A DNA stretch of 64,000 nucleotides from the human T2T-CHM13v2.0 reference genome, Homo sapiens. The position numbers and the translations under genes are program-made. Location: assembly GCF_009914755.1 (NCBI RefSeq), contig NC_060936.1; one strand, given 5' to 3'. How positions within the stretch are numbered: the first letter of the stretch is position 1; each line of letters opens with the position of its first letter. Shown here in pieces: positions 13,643-29,859 of the stretch. The notes under the pieces were generated by a model. The model was not told the DNA's origin. It worked only from the letters and a program-made list of their open reading frames with translations, and did no database searches.

Positions 13643-14601
13643 CTACAATGTAAAAATAACGCCGGGCGCCCCACGCTAATTGGGCCCGGGCGACAGCAGC
13701 TCCCAGGTACAGCCTGTCTCTCCCTCCCGCCCGCCGTGCCCTCCCGCCCTCGGCTTGCTCCTCCTGCAAGTGTCTGGGGCGGGGAGGGCGTACCCCACGG
13801 GTGCCCTCACTCCCCGCAGGCCTCTGAGGAAGCTGCCCTCTAGACAAGGGTCTGGGTCTTCCCAGTCGTGCCCAAGTGGGATCAGCTCTGAATTCCAACT
13901 TCGCAAAGTAGTGGCATCCCAAGTATCCGCACAGCCCGGGGGAGGGACTAGGAGGCGGCCCAATGAGGCGTCACCAGCCACGGGAGGCAGGCCCAGACAC
14001 CAGGAACACCGGCCCGCGGGGGAGGGGGACCAGGGGCGACTCTCCCGAGGGACCCCGCCCAGCGCCCCGTGGCCCCACGCCTAGGAGGGACAAGGCTGGC
14101 TCTCCCCCTCGGCTGGTGAGAGACCCTCATGCGCCCCTCCACAACAGCCAGGCCAGGGAGCTAGGGGTACCATCTCCAAGGGCTTTCAAACCCGCGCTGC
14201 CCGATGGAAAATAAGGCGCAGTGTCGCCCCGCCAGGTCCGGGGCTACACCGGGTACAAGGGACGCCTGGCGGCCAAGTCCCCAGAGCCGGCGCACACTGT
14301 GGGGGGCCGCTCTGTGCATTTCCAGCGCGCCCCCCGCCCACCCCAACGCCACTTCCCTCCTTCCCGCCCCCTCGCTAGGGAGCTGGAGTTCCCCTAAGTT
14401 CCCCGGCGCCCCCGAGCACGCGGGCCGCAGTGTCGGCGGGGCGCCTTGCTCCCCAGCAGGCCACCCCCCGAGAGCGCCAACTCGGGAGTGCAGGGGCCCC
14501 GCCAACTCCGCCGCGTGCGCCGCCCGATCCTCCCCGGATCCCCCGGAAGCGCGCTCCGCGCCTCCCCCCGCCCTTCGCGGGGACCCTCGGCCCCAACTCA
14601 C

Positions 14602-14906
14602 CTCGCGGAGGTGGCAGCGGTGGCGCCCGGGCTTGGGGCGCGCTCGGGCCGCCGGGGCGCTCAGGCAAGTGGCGGTGCCGATCGGGCTGGGGGCGCGCAG
14701 CAGGCCCGGCCTCGGGTCGGGACGCGATCCTCCCGCCGCCGCCTCCTAGGGCGCCGGCCCTGGGTCCCCGGCCCGCAAGTTGGCGCGCATCGCGGAGCGC
14801 AGGGCGCGGGCGCAGGGCTCGGGCGGGGCGCCGGCGGACGCGGGGCTCCGGTGCGGCCCGGCCTGCCCGCGGCTCCGCGCTCCCCGGCGGCCGCGGCGGC
14901 GGTGGC
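14602..14906 (-). other. NCOR2: Non-coding first exon (5'UTR) of NCOR2/SMRT; TSS variable (~14758 to ~14900)
   Basis: The minus strand reads GCCGGCGCCCTAGGAGGCGGCGGCGGGAGGATCGCG...CCACCTCCGCGAG|GTGAGT, a consensus donor inside a CpG island. I recall this as the 5' end of NCOR2 mRNA. The upstream boundary is approximate. Confidence 0.85.
14746..14790 (-). other. Candidate 14-aa uORF (MRANLRAGDPGPAP*)
   Basis: ATG at 14790-14788 (GCG ATG C, purine at -3), in-frame TAG at 14748-14746. Confidence 0.35.
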
Positions 14907-15554
14907 GGCGGCGGCGGGAGGGGGAGGAGGGGGCGGGGCGCGAGCCCGGGAGGCGGTGGCTCGGCCTCCCTGCTCCCGGCTCCCCGCCCGCAGCGACGCG
15001 CCCCGGCCCGGCCCCCTCTGGCTCCTTAAAGGGCCCGCGCCTTCTCTCCAGGCCCTGCGCGTCCCCACTCGCGCGCGCACGCCGCCACACACACAGACAC
15101 GCACGCACACACTTGGGCGCGACGCCGAGTTTCTTTTTGGCAGCTCCCCGAGGAGGAAGGAGGGGGGAAGCGCCTCCCAGCCTTCCCCTCCCTCTTCTCC
15201 TGCGGGCCCGGGGGCCCTCCTCCTCCTCTCCAGCCCCAGTACCTCACTGGAATCGCGTTTCAGCTATTAAATTATAACTCTGGAGTGGCCGCTGGATGGG
15301 GAGGGGGCGCGCAGGGAGGGCCCTACACAGGTCCTTTTAGGAGCACGCCCAGTGGGGCACTTGGGGACGGGAGCAGACAGTAGCGCAGAGCCCTCTCCAG
15401 GCAGGAACACGCTGGGCCTCCCCAGACCCGAGACCCAGCCCGGGCGAACACACTGCAGACTCACCACCCACCACGGACCGGAGATGTCAGATCTCACACA
15501 GACAAATACTGGGACACCCACGCGAGTTCACAGCACCCCGGAGGACACAGACGC

Positions 15555-15640
15555 TAGAATGCCAGTTTCCTGAGGGCAGAGATTTCTATTTTGTTCACTG
15601 CCCTATCGCAGTAGGGACTCACGAATGTGTTGAGTGAAGT
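15555..15640 (+). mobile_element. L2 3' end fragment
   Basis: ctagaatg...cctgagggcagaga...ttgttcactg. Confidence 0.6.
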
Positions 15641-17701
15641 CCCACTTGGGGACATTCAGGGACACAAATGCGGAGACAATGCAACGAGCCTGTGTCCCCC
15701 CCGCCCCCCCCCCCACACACACAGACACACACATCCCAAAGCGTGACCCTGGGAGCCACACACGCCCGGCCTGCACAAGCACGCAGTCACAGACGGCACA
15801 CATGTGCTCGCTCCCCCACGCACAGGCAGACACTCTCCGCTCCAGCAGGAACCTGGCCCCCCTGGCCGCCCTGACAACCCAGTGTCCTCATTTACCCCCT
15901 CCTCCCACCCCCTCCAGGTTTGCCCTCTCCAACCAGGGCAGATCTCTTTGAACAGCAGAGGGCACTGGGAGCCCTGGGCCTGGAGCCTCCCTCCCTCCCT
16001 CCTCTTCTGCTTTCTCCTAAGATGTTGGAGAGTTTGAATTTTTTTTTTTTTTTTCAGTTCAACTTTCCTTTTTTGGAGTGACGTCTCAGCAGATTCAGTT
16101 CTGCCATCTGGCAACATCTGAGAACCCCCAGGGAGAGCGGGGAATGGCTGCGGTGGGGAGGCAGCCGCGTGGTTTCCAGAGGCCGGCGGGCCTCCCGCCT
16201 CCGCCAGGATGCTGGGTTTGCCGGGCTCCCCTGCAGCCAGGTCCTTCTCTGCCCCCTCGGGCTTTTAATTATGAGCTTTTGGGGGGCTGGCGGGAGCCTC
16301 TGGGGCTGACAATGTCTGGCAAAAGGGAAGTGGGTGTGGAGGGGAGCAGTTTGCAGACTGAAACAGGAGGGGTCATAGGTCAGTGCCCCCCCCCACCTCC
16401 TTGTTTTGGCCCGACCAGCTCCAGTTCTGCCCAGCCAGTCGGTCCGAATCCACAGGCAAAAAGCTGGAGCCGCAGAAGGAAAGCCTGATCCCCCACCTCC
16501 CCCACCAAGGGTCTTGGAGAGGGAAGCGGGGGCGGGGGAGCTCCTCTGCCAGCCCCAGGCCGCCTGGCAGCCCTCCTCTGTCACCTGAAAACCCTCTGGG
16601 AATTTGCATTTCCATGAGATTCAGCTCTATTTGAAGCTGGAGGAGGGACATTTGGGGTGTCTTCAGGGGTCTCCCAGCTTCTGCCCTCGAGGGCTCCCTG
16701 CAGGCTTAGGAGCGGGGAAAGCAGGGGGTCTGTCAGCTTTGTAATGTCCCAAGCGTCACCTAGAAATCCCTCACTGGAAGCCTTATCAACTCAAGCGCCA
16801 ATGGCCTCTGGCCCGACCATGTCACAGATGGCAAGACTGAGGCCAGGAGAAGGGCAGCGTTTATCCCGAAAGGGATTGGCCCTTTCCCGTCTGCTCCTGT
16901 TTCCTGGCTGAATTGGGTTATTAATCTCACCCTCACAGACGGCGGGGAGTAACACCAGCACTGAGTGAGCACTTACCCTGGGGGAAGCAAGGGGCCTGGT
17001 CCCAAGTAGGGAAACAGGCCTGGAGAGATGAAGAACCCGACTTGCCAGCCTCCAGCAGCAGCCCGTGATTCCAAATGAGTGCTGGAAATCTGGACTCTGG
17101 GGAGGTCTCAGCTGAGCCCGCCCCTTCCCCCAATCGCAGACCGGCACCCTAGTTTGCTACTTTGTTTCTACTGGGCTCTGAGTGACAGTCCATGAGCAAC
17201 TAATGGGAACAGTACCTTTAAAAAGCGGCCAAAGAACACTGCACACAAACAGCCTTCCCGGGGGGCCCCCCTGGACTGTGAGTTAGTAACAGTAACAGCT
17301 AAGAGCTTCCCAAACATCTCAATTGCCTTTGTGAGGGAAAGACTTTCAACATACCCATTTTACAGGAAGGGAGAGGGAGACTCAGTTGGGAAGTCACCAG
17401 GGACACTGGGAAGCATGTTGTATGTGTCCCAGGCCAGGCTGCAGCTGGCTGGAGCATGCTGTATATATATCCAGGGGGCTCCCGTCCAGTTGGCGCCAAT
17501 TTCTGCCCCTTGGGCTTTGTCTCTACCATCTCCGGCCCAATCCTTCAACCATTCCTTCCTAAAGACTCCCTCCAATCCTTCAACCATTCCTTTCTAAGTA
17601 CTTGGCAAAATAGTCCAGCTCATCCCCGCCTCAACACCTTTGCACTTGCTGTTCCGTCTGCCTGAGACTGTCATCTTCTATCTTCAGGTCCCAGCTCCTT
17701 A

Positions 17702-18280
<579 letters not shown>

Positions 18281-18444
18281 ACCAACAGAGGGGGAAGGAG
18301 GCAGGTGTTGACCCTGGAAAAATCTAGAAACAAGTGGGAATGGCTGATCCTGTATCTGTGTTTTCCAGCACTTGCTCCTTGGGCATATTTTAGGATGAAG
18401 CCTTTACCTTTCCACTGGTCCCAACCTCTGGGTAGATGGGACTC

Positions 18445-18839
18445 CCAGGAGCTTGAGGTTGCAGTGAGCTGTGATCACACCATTGCACTCCAGCCTGGAT
18501 GACAGAGCAAGACCCTGTCTCTAAAATATGTTTTATTTGGGCCAGGCGCAGTGGCTCATGGTGTAATCCCAGCACTTTGGGAGGCCAAGGCGGGCAAATC
18601 ACCTGAGGTCAGGAGTTGGAGACCAGCCTGGCCAACATGGTAAAACCCCATCTCTACTAAAAATACAAAAATTAGCCGGGTGTGGTGATGCATGCCTGTA
18701 ATCCCAGCTACTCCGGAGGCTGAGGCAGGAGAATTGCTTGAACCCTGGAGGCGGAGGTTGCGGTGAGCCAAGATCATGCCTCTGCACTCCAGCCTGGGCA
18801 ACAGAGTGAGACTCCATCAAAAAAAACAAAAAAAAAAAA
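18445..18839 (+). mobile_element. Alu right-arm fragment followed by full AluS (18539-18839)
   Basis: Alu consensus. Confidence 0.92.
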
Positions 18840-19242
18840 GTTTTATTTGTTAGCCTGACACCCAAGTGATGCCCATTCAGGCTAATCAAGTTCACATGGT
18901 CAACCATGGTATCAGATCAAATTCCAGCCACTCCTGGAAAAAATTCCCCACCTTCAAGGTGGGCCTGGAGGAACAAGGCATCTATAGGGTGAGGACTCAT
19001 GCTGGGGGACATGGTGCCCTGAGCAGCTTTGACCCTGGCTACCCCAGGAGCCCTGGACTAGCCACTGGATCGCACCCAAGGGGCCTATGTCACACTATCT
19101 ATCAGTAACAACCCAATAGACACCCAAGTGAGCATCCCTGGAGCCAAGCCTCACACGCACACCTAGAACTGTGTCTGTGTAGAAAAAGCTTATCTATGTT
19201 TTTCTTACTTTTGATGTGCTTTGAAGCAGAAGTTGCAAACTA

Positions 19243-19489
19243 GGCGGATCACCTGAGGTCAGGAGTTCGAGCCCAGCCTGGCCAACATGGTGAAAACTTG
19301 CCTCTACTGAAAATACAAAAATTACCCGGGCATGGTGGTGCATGCCTGAATTCCAGCTACTCAGGAGGCTAAGGCAGGAGAATGGCTTGAACCCAGGAGG
19401 CGGAGCTTGTGGTGAGCCGAGATCATGCTACTGCACTCCAGCCTGGGCGACAGAGTGAGACTCCATCTCAAAAAAAGAAAAAAAGAAAA
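19243..19489 (+). mobile_element. 5'-truncated AluS
   Basis: Alu consensus, poly(A). Confidence 0.92.
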
Positions 19490-19600
19490 GCCCACAGGGC
19501 CTGGCAGAACAGCCAGCCCAGAACTGGAGGAGAGGGTGAGATATGCCCGGGCAGGGCCCTCGGCACACCCTGCACCTGTCCCAAGGCGTTTTTATATTAT

Positions 19601-19740
19601 TTTTTAGAGATAGGGTCTCGCTCTGTCACCCAGGCTGGAGTGCAACGGTGTGATCACAGTTCACTGCAACCTTGAGCTCCTGGGCTCAAGTGATCCTCCT
19701 GCCTTGGCCTCCCAAAGTGTTGGGATTAGGCTCTGCCACC
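19601..19740 (-). mobile_element. Alu monomer (FLAM/AluJ-like)
   Basis: Single antisense Alu arm. Confidence 0.85.
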
Positions 19741-19763
19741 CTTCTTTAAAACACAAGAGCCAC

Positions 19764-20157
<394 letters not shown>

Positions 20158-20280
20158 TTAGTTCCCCAAACCAGTTTTCCACTCAGCTGTGGGTGATTCC
20201 CACCCAACATGGAAGGATCAGTAGGGGTGGGGAGTCAGAACCTTCCTCAATGGTAAAGGGACCCTCTTCCAAAAATGTAG

Positions 20281-20850
<570 letters not shown>

Positions 20851-21749
20851 TAGTTATTAAGCACCTACTGTTGCTGGGCATGGTGGGATTAAGCAGTGAA
20901 GGAGACCACCCTTTGTAGCCACAGGTAGTTGGCACTCGAAAAAGTAAGTTATCATCAACCTCATGTGCTAAGCAAGGACCCTCCCTGGACATAAGGAATC
21001 GGGCCTTGAAGTCAGCCCTTTAAAGGCTAAGAAAACAAGAAAAACACCCTGGCATTCAAAGCAAAGTGAACGTTCAGAACATGGGGGATTGGCGGGGGAC
21101 AGGGTCTCTTGGCCCTCATCCTTTCTGCACAGAGGCCCTTCTGATCTCACAGTCCTGCAGAAACCTCACTGAGGATGTCGCTCAGAGTCCCCAGCCAGCC
21201 CCCACTTACCCTTGCTGCAAGAAACTGCAATGTCACCCCCGGCTTCCTCTGCTCCTTCAGTTAAGACACTGTTTACATTTCAGAAAGAATGGAGCTGGGA
21301 ACAAACTCAGGCCCCCCTCTGATAGGCCCGATGATCTCTGAAGATCAACAGCTCGCTTTCTCCCAGGGGTTCCCCCTCATTTCTGGGGTGTTGTCCCACC
21401 AGGGCATCTGCTTGAGTCTTTGCTCTCAGGCACCATGGGTGGGAGCACAGGAGGGCCCCATCAAGGGGAGCGATCCAGCGAGGATGACATGGTCCCTGCA
21501 GTCTTGCTCTCCTGAATGGCGGTGGTGGGGCTGGCTAGGTGGATCCTGCCATCTCTCCAATGGGACAGCCCGCAGCTGTGAACAAGCCTGAGAATAAGCT
21601 GTACCTTCTGTTCCCGTGGGGGCAGACCTCCCAGATACATTGTTTAGCGCAAAAGCACGTGCAGTGCTGGGTGTGCAGTGTGGTACCTTTTGTGCAGAAA
21701 AGCGGGGAGGGGTAAGTGTGCTTAGGCTGCCGGGCTATGCATGATACTT

Positions 21750-22480
<731 letters not shown>

Positions 22481-22627
22481 TGCATGAAGACTTCTGCAAG
22501 GAGATTAATTCAGGCGTGCCCACTGTGTGCGAGGCACCACACTAGGTGTGTGAGATATAGCAGTGAATGAGATAGGCAGTCTCTGCCTCCGTGGAGCTGA
22601 CATTCTAAAGAGAGGGATGCATAATTA

Positions 22628-23323
<696 letters not shown>

Positions 23324-25455
23324 TCACTTGCTCTGACCATGTCTGTGTGAAATGTTTACAGATGGAAAATGCTTTCTTGCTTTGTTTTTCAGCTTGGATA
23401 TCTGGTTTTGGACATCCCTGCGTGCACTTCTGGAGTCTTTCGAGATTCAAGGAGGTCTCCTTTCCAGCATCTTTGCCCCACATTTTCTCCTTCTCAGCCT
23501 CCCTGAGAATGTTAGGAATTAGCCCCTGGGTGGCCTCACCCTCTGCTTGGGCCTGGAAAGCCAACCCCTGCCCCTTCCCTTCTTCCCAGGGCACAGACAC
23601 GCACAGACACACACACAGATGGTGAAAGAGCCTGCACTGCAGTGGTGACTGTTGCTGCATCCAACTCTAAAGCAGCCCTGGCCCAAACCGCCCCGCTCAG
23701 ACCTGGACCAAGGGGAGATCAGACCCCAAAGGCCTGTCCAGAGTGGGTGCGACCTGCGGTCTTAGAACTGAGCTTGTTTGTCCCTCCTGGGTTCCCTCTG
23801 GCTTCTGCCTGTCCGAGCCAGTCATACTGGATCTCTCATTTTAAAAATGAATGCTGCTGGTCCCCCTGGCTCAGAAGGGTCCTCCAGGCCTCTCTGGTGC
23901 CTGCCAGAATTATTGTAAGCCCAGCATTGCACGTGAAAAGTTGACAGGGCTCTAAAATCCCAGGGGGAAGGTCCCTCTAGCAAGTTAAAGTGGAAAGGAT
24001 CCACAGATTCGAATCCGACAGATCTGGGTTCACCTCCAAACTCGGCTATCTCATTGAATCACTCAACAAACACGTTTTCTGTTGGTCCTGGGGTCCCACA
24101 GTGAACAAGACTCAACACGGAGGCAGCTCTCTGGAGGGCAGAGTGGGAGACACCTGGCTGGGCCTGCTGCATGTGTCTCCCACTCTTCCTGGTCCGTCTT
24201 CCTGAACAGCAGAAGCCAACGACCATGTTTCCAGGATCCCTTGCAGCTAGGGCTCTGTATGGATTCTGGGTCCAGCAACCCATTTATCACACTCAAATTC
24301 AGGACCAAGTCCATCGGGTGGAGAGAGGGTCTGCAGCAGCCACTGGGCCGAGTGGACTGCAGCAGGGGGTCAGACACTATGGGGACAGAGTCTCATTTGG
24401 AAGGTGGCTTCCCACCTGGGCTGGGGCAGCAGCTCCCTGGTAGCCCAGGCCTGTGACATCGCTGAGCATCCTGCCAGGAGGCTCCACCTCAACTGCTCAG
24501 GCCCTGTAGCACCCTGCGGGAAGCCCTCCAAACACCCAGGGCAGATCCTCTTCCCTGCAAGATTGAGGGAGTCACGAATCACACAAGCAAAGGAAGGAAG
24601 CATCATCAAGGCTGGTGAAGGGGGCCCAAAAGGATAGGGGCCAGGAGTGCTGCAGAGCACGGGGAGGACAGGTTTGAGATTAGGTGATCCTGGAGGGTCT
24701 CCCTGAGGAGGTGACATTTAAGACGGCGGCGGCCGGGGGTGAGGGAACAGCATTCTAGGTGGGAGAAACAGCAGATGCAAAGGCCACACCATGGGAAGTG
24801 ACTCGATGTGTCTGAAGAATGGATAGAACACCGGTGTGGCTGGAGCGTGAGGAGGGGCAAGTCACTTGATCTCTTTGAGCCTCAGTTTTCCTCATCTGTA
24901 AAATGGGGCTGGACTCCCTCCCTGGCTGAAAGCACAAGAAATCAAATTAATATGTAATGGCATGCTGTTGTTTCAGGTGGTGTTGAGAGGAGAGTAAAGC
25001 ACAGGGTGGCTGGGGAAGGCCTCTTGGGGGAGGTGACAATGGGGCACAGACATGAATGAAAGACAGTGCCAGCCACGAGGATGTCCACAGAAAGGACATT
25101 TGGGGCAGGGGGCGTGGCAAGTGCAAAGGCCCTCAGGTAGGATGCACGAGCTCGGCAAACACGCATGTCCTCGCAAGCCACAACACGGAGCCCACCCTTC
25201 CCCTACAAGCAATGGGAGACCCTGATGGGTTTCAGCAGGACTGTGGTCAGGTCTGGGCGTGTTTAGAATGGGGATCCCTGAGAGGCAGGGAGGCCGGGTG
25301 GGAGGTCTCATGGCAATGAGAAATAACGAGTGCCAAGACAGGGGCAGTGCAGGGGGTGGAGGAAATGGGCGCTGTGGAGGGTCAGCAGGTGAGATGTAGG
25401 GAATCCAGTGCCCCAGGCCTCAGGAGGAGAGGCCTGCAGGGGCGGGGCCGAGACA

Positions 25456-25538
25456 AGCCTGGGCAGGGAGAAGGGAAGGGAGCCCGTCTGTGCCTGTAGC
25501 CTGGGCAGGGAGAAGGGAAGGGAGCCCGTCTGTGCCTG
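25456..25538. repeat. 42-bp-period perfect tandem duplication
   Basis: agcctgggcagggagaagggaagggagcccgtctgtgcctg at 25456 and 25498. Confidence 0.97.
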
Positions 25539-26087
25539 GAAACCAATTTGCTCTGGCAGCGCTGTGGAAGAAAAATTCCACGCATGTCCCCGCGAGCCCT
25601 TCGAAGCTCTTCGTGGAAAGGCACACACTGCAGTCTTGGAGTGCATCCTGCTCTTAGGGCCTCTGGGGGCCAAGTCAAGCCGATGAAGGGTGTGCGATGT
25701 GGGTGGATCAGGCCTGGGAGGCTCCAGCGCGGCCTCTCCAAAGCCACCCATCCCATGATCTTTCCTACCTTCCCCATACCTCAGTTTCCTTTCTGTTATA
25801 TGGGTGTCCTGTGAGCCCCTTCCTCACGGGGTGGCCGTTAGAATTAAATGGGATCCTGGGTGTAAAGCCTTAGCACAGTGCCAGGCCATATAGATGTCAG
25901 CCACAAGGGGAGGTGTGGGCGTGGGCCAGGAGAAACCCGGGAAGACTTCCTGGCAAAGGCAGAACTGGTGCTGAGACTGGCTAATCACTGCAAAGGCTGC
26001 CTGGGCTATTCCAACCTGCCCAGTTCATGCTCAGACTTCTGGAATCTGCAAGAACCTTTGGAAGGAGACACGATTATCAGCCCCATG

Positions 26088-26535
26088 GTATTACTCTCCT
26101 GTCGCTGCTGTAATGAATTAAGCCAAACGTGGTGGCTGAAAACAGTACAGATTCATTACCTTACAGTTCTGGAAGTCAGCAGTCTGAAGTGGCTCCTGGA
26201 GAGATGGAATCAAGGTGCCAGCAGGGCTGTGTTCCTCTTGGAGGATCTGAGGGAGAATCTATTTCCTCACCTTTTCCAGCTGCCAGAGGCTGGTGGCCTC
26301 GCCTCACTCCAATCTCTTCTTCCATCGCTGCATCTCCTCCCCAACTCTGACCTCCTGACTCCCTCTCACAAGGAAGCTTGTGATTACACTGGGCCCACCC
26401 GGATAATCCAGGATCATCTCCCATCTCAAAATCCTTTACTTAATCACCTCTGCAAAGCCCCTTTGCCATGTAAGGTAGCAGATTCACAGATTCTAGAAAT
26501 TAGGATGGGGACATCTCTGGAGCTATTATTCCACC
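26088..26535 (-). mobile_element. MLT1 LTR
   Basis: cttacagttctggaagtcag...gggcccacccggataatccaggatcatctccc. Confidence 0.82.
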
Positions 26536-26864
26536 CAGCAGATCCGTCTCATGCATAAGAAAAACAAAGGTGAGAAGCCAGAGGGAAAGCTTGAGATCAC
26601 CTGACTCAAGAGGGGAGCGTTGGCTTCGAACCCAGTCTGTCCAACTTCAAAGCCTGCAGTTGCCGTCATTTCAGGATTCCCGCTTTTCCCATGCGTATTG
26701 TCTGAACCTGCATTTGGGGGCTCCAGCCACTGCCTCATCAGTTCATCTTAATTGAGCACCTATTATGTACCAGGTAATGTTCCAGGCACCAGGGATACAG
26801 TGGTCACCAAGCCAGGAGAACTTCCCTGTCTGCACAACGCTCATAGTCACTCAATCACATCCAT

Positions 26865-27345
26865 TATGAGGCAAGTCACAGAAACCTCAGCTCAAATCAA
26901 CGTAAGCAATGAGGTCATTTATCATTTCACATAGCAAGAAATTAGGAGGAAGGGTGGTTCTGGGTTTGGTTAGATTGAGTGCCATTGTCAGGGATCTCCC
27001 GGTTCTTTCCATCTTTCTGGTTTCCTCCCCTCAGATTGGTTCTCATCCCAAATTTCCTCATGACCACAAAATAGCTGCCACTGCTCCAGCTAATATATCC
27101 AGGCACAACATTCAGTGCAGGAAGAACAAGAGCCCTTTCCCCAAAGCCCACTGCAGCCCTTTACTCATATCTCATTGGCCAGGATTGGGTCCCATGCCCA
27201 CAGCTTGATTAGTCTCTGGCAAAGGAAACAGAATCACTGGCCTGGGACCAATCTGGATAGTCCCCTAGAGCTAAAGATGTGTCCCGATTTCCTGAGTCCC
27301 CTGGAGAGGCACAGGTCTCTCACTGAAATCAGGGTTCCCACAGCA
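26865..27345 (-). mobile_element. Old MLT1 (MLT1K/J-like) LTR
   Basis: atctcattggccaggattgggtcccatgccca motif. Confidence 0.6.
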
Positions 27346-27377
27346 AGAAAGAAGGGAATAATCACTTGGGCAGTAAA

Positions 27378-27570
27378 TGGCCTGGGTTCAAATCCTAGCT
27401 CTGCCATATTCCCTATGAGTAGCTCTCTGGGCTTCAGTTTCCTTATCTGTAAAATGGGTATAGTAGCAGGACCTGGTTCATGGGGTTGTGGTGAGAATAA
27501 AATGAGTCAATGTGTGCAAAGCCCAGTGTGTGCAAAGCCGAGCTGTCAACAAAGCTCAGCTGTCATTATC
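27378..27570 (+). mobile_element. MIR
   Basis: cctgggttcaaatcctagctctgcca...cttcagtttccttatctgtaaaatggg. Confidence 0.85.
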
Positions 27571-28094
27571 TTTCCTAGGATCTTTCTCCGAGGGCAGGGC
27601 CCACAGTATGAATTCTCCTTCCATTGCCTGGACTGTAGAAGACTTTCGGTAGTTTCCCTCCACACCAAAAGGAAAATCTGCTCACAATGACCTCATTCCA
27701 AGAACTCCGTCCTAAAGGCTGGTTGGGGGAAGACTCAAGTGAGCCCTCTGCTCAGTGTCAATGGGGAGTTCCCATAGGTGGCCCAGGAAGGATGTGCCAA
27801 GAACAACAATAGTTTGGAAGTGCTCACTATGAGTTGGTGCTGGGCTAAGTGCTTGACACAAGGAAGCTCTCTCAGCCCTGTCCTGTCAGCCGCCATCAAC
27901 AGTGAGGAAACAGAGACTCAGGAAAATAGAGCAGCGTGGCCTGAGTTACCCAGAGCAGGAGTGGAGGAAGCAAATAGGATCTGAACCCAGGTCTGGTGGG
28001 CCCCAAGGTTCAGCTCATGGATGGGTTCATGCGCCCCACATGAGGATTTAAACATCAGGCTATAGTAGGTGAACATATATGGCCTCTCCCACAT

Positions 28095-29095
<1,001 letters not shown>

Positions 29096-29283
29096 AAGGA
29101 AGGAAGGAAGGAAGGAAGGCAGGCAGGCAGGAGAAGGAGGTAGGAGGGAGGGAAAGAGGGAGGGAGGAAGGAGGGAGGGAAGAAGGAAGGAAGGAAGGAG
29201 AAGGGAAGGGAAGGAAGGAAGGAGAAGGGAAAGGAAGGGAAAGTAGAAGGAGGTAGGAGGGAGGGAGGGAGGAAGGAAGGAGG
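29096..29283 (+). repeat. Purine-rich (GGAA/GGGA)n low-complexity tract
   Basis: ~190 bp almost pure purine; 5 consecutive GGAA at 29098-29117. Confidence 0.95.
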
Positions 29284-29859
29284 CTTCTTTTGCAGAAATC
29301 AGGATCTGGCCACGCTGGGTCTTTCGCTGATCACAGCGGCCCCTGTCCAGCATTCCTGGCCCCAGTAAGCTTCTGGCGTTTCCAAAGGTGGCAGGAGACT
29401 GGGCAGCCGACATAGCAGGAGGGAACATCGCGCTCTGCCCTCCCCATCCCAAGCCCTCTGGCCTGGCCCTGCCCACAGGGTAAAGAGGGAAGTTCCAGGC
29501 TGGTGCTGCTGCTGCTGTGGCTGCCATCCCTTGTCCCTAAGTCTGGGCCCCAGGCCCTGGGTACAGCTCCCTTCCTCACCCTGCCAGGGCCCATGACCTC
29601 CTTCCGTCCTTTCAGGATTTTGCAGGAAGTGGAAGAGGCGTGTAGAAGGTGCCAGAGGACAGACAGGAAGCCAAGTGAGTCTCCCTCAGGGACAGGGGAG
29701 AGAGACTGCCCCGAAGGCTAAATGGGGAGGGGTGACCGAGGCCTGATGTGGATCCTGCCCTGGGGAGCTGCTGTGGGGGCCTGGGGATCCTGCTGCGCCC
29801 AGCTTGGATGAATGCACAGCTGGAGCTGGAGGCATGAACTCAGATTTCCCTCCCATCTC

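Larger units (their letters stand above)
13540..15320. promoter_or_regulatory. CpG island / promoter with GC boxes
   Basis: Very high GC and CpG density; GGGCGGGG boxes near 14821 and 14931; (GGC)n run ~14893-14917. Confidence 0.92.

Noticed and set aside
14161-15277. Long overlapping ORFs (up to 274 aa) in the CpG island
   Set aside because: Pro/Arg/Gly/Ala-rich in all frames, as expected from stop-codon scarcity in GC-rich DNA; no recognisable domain
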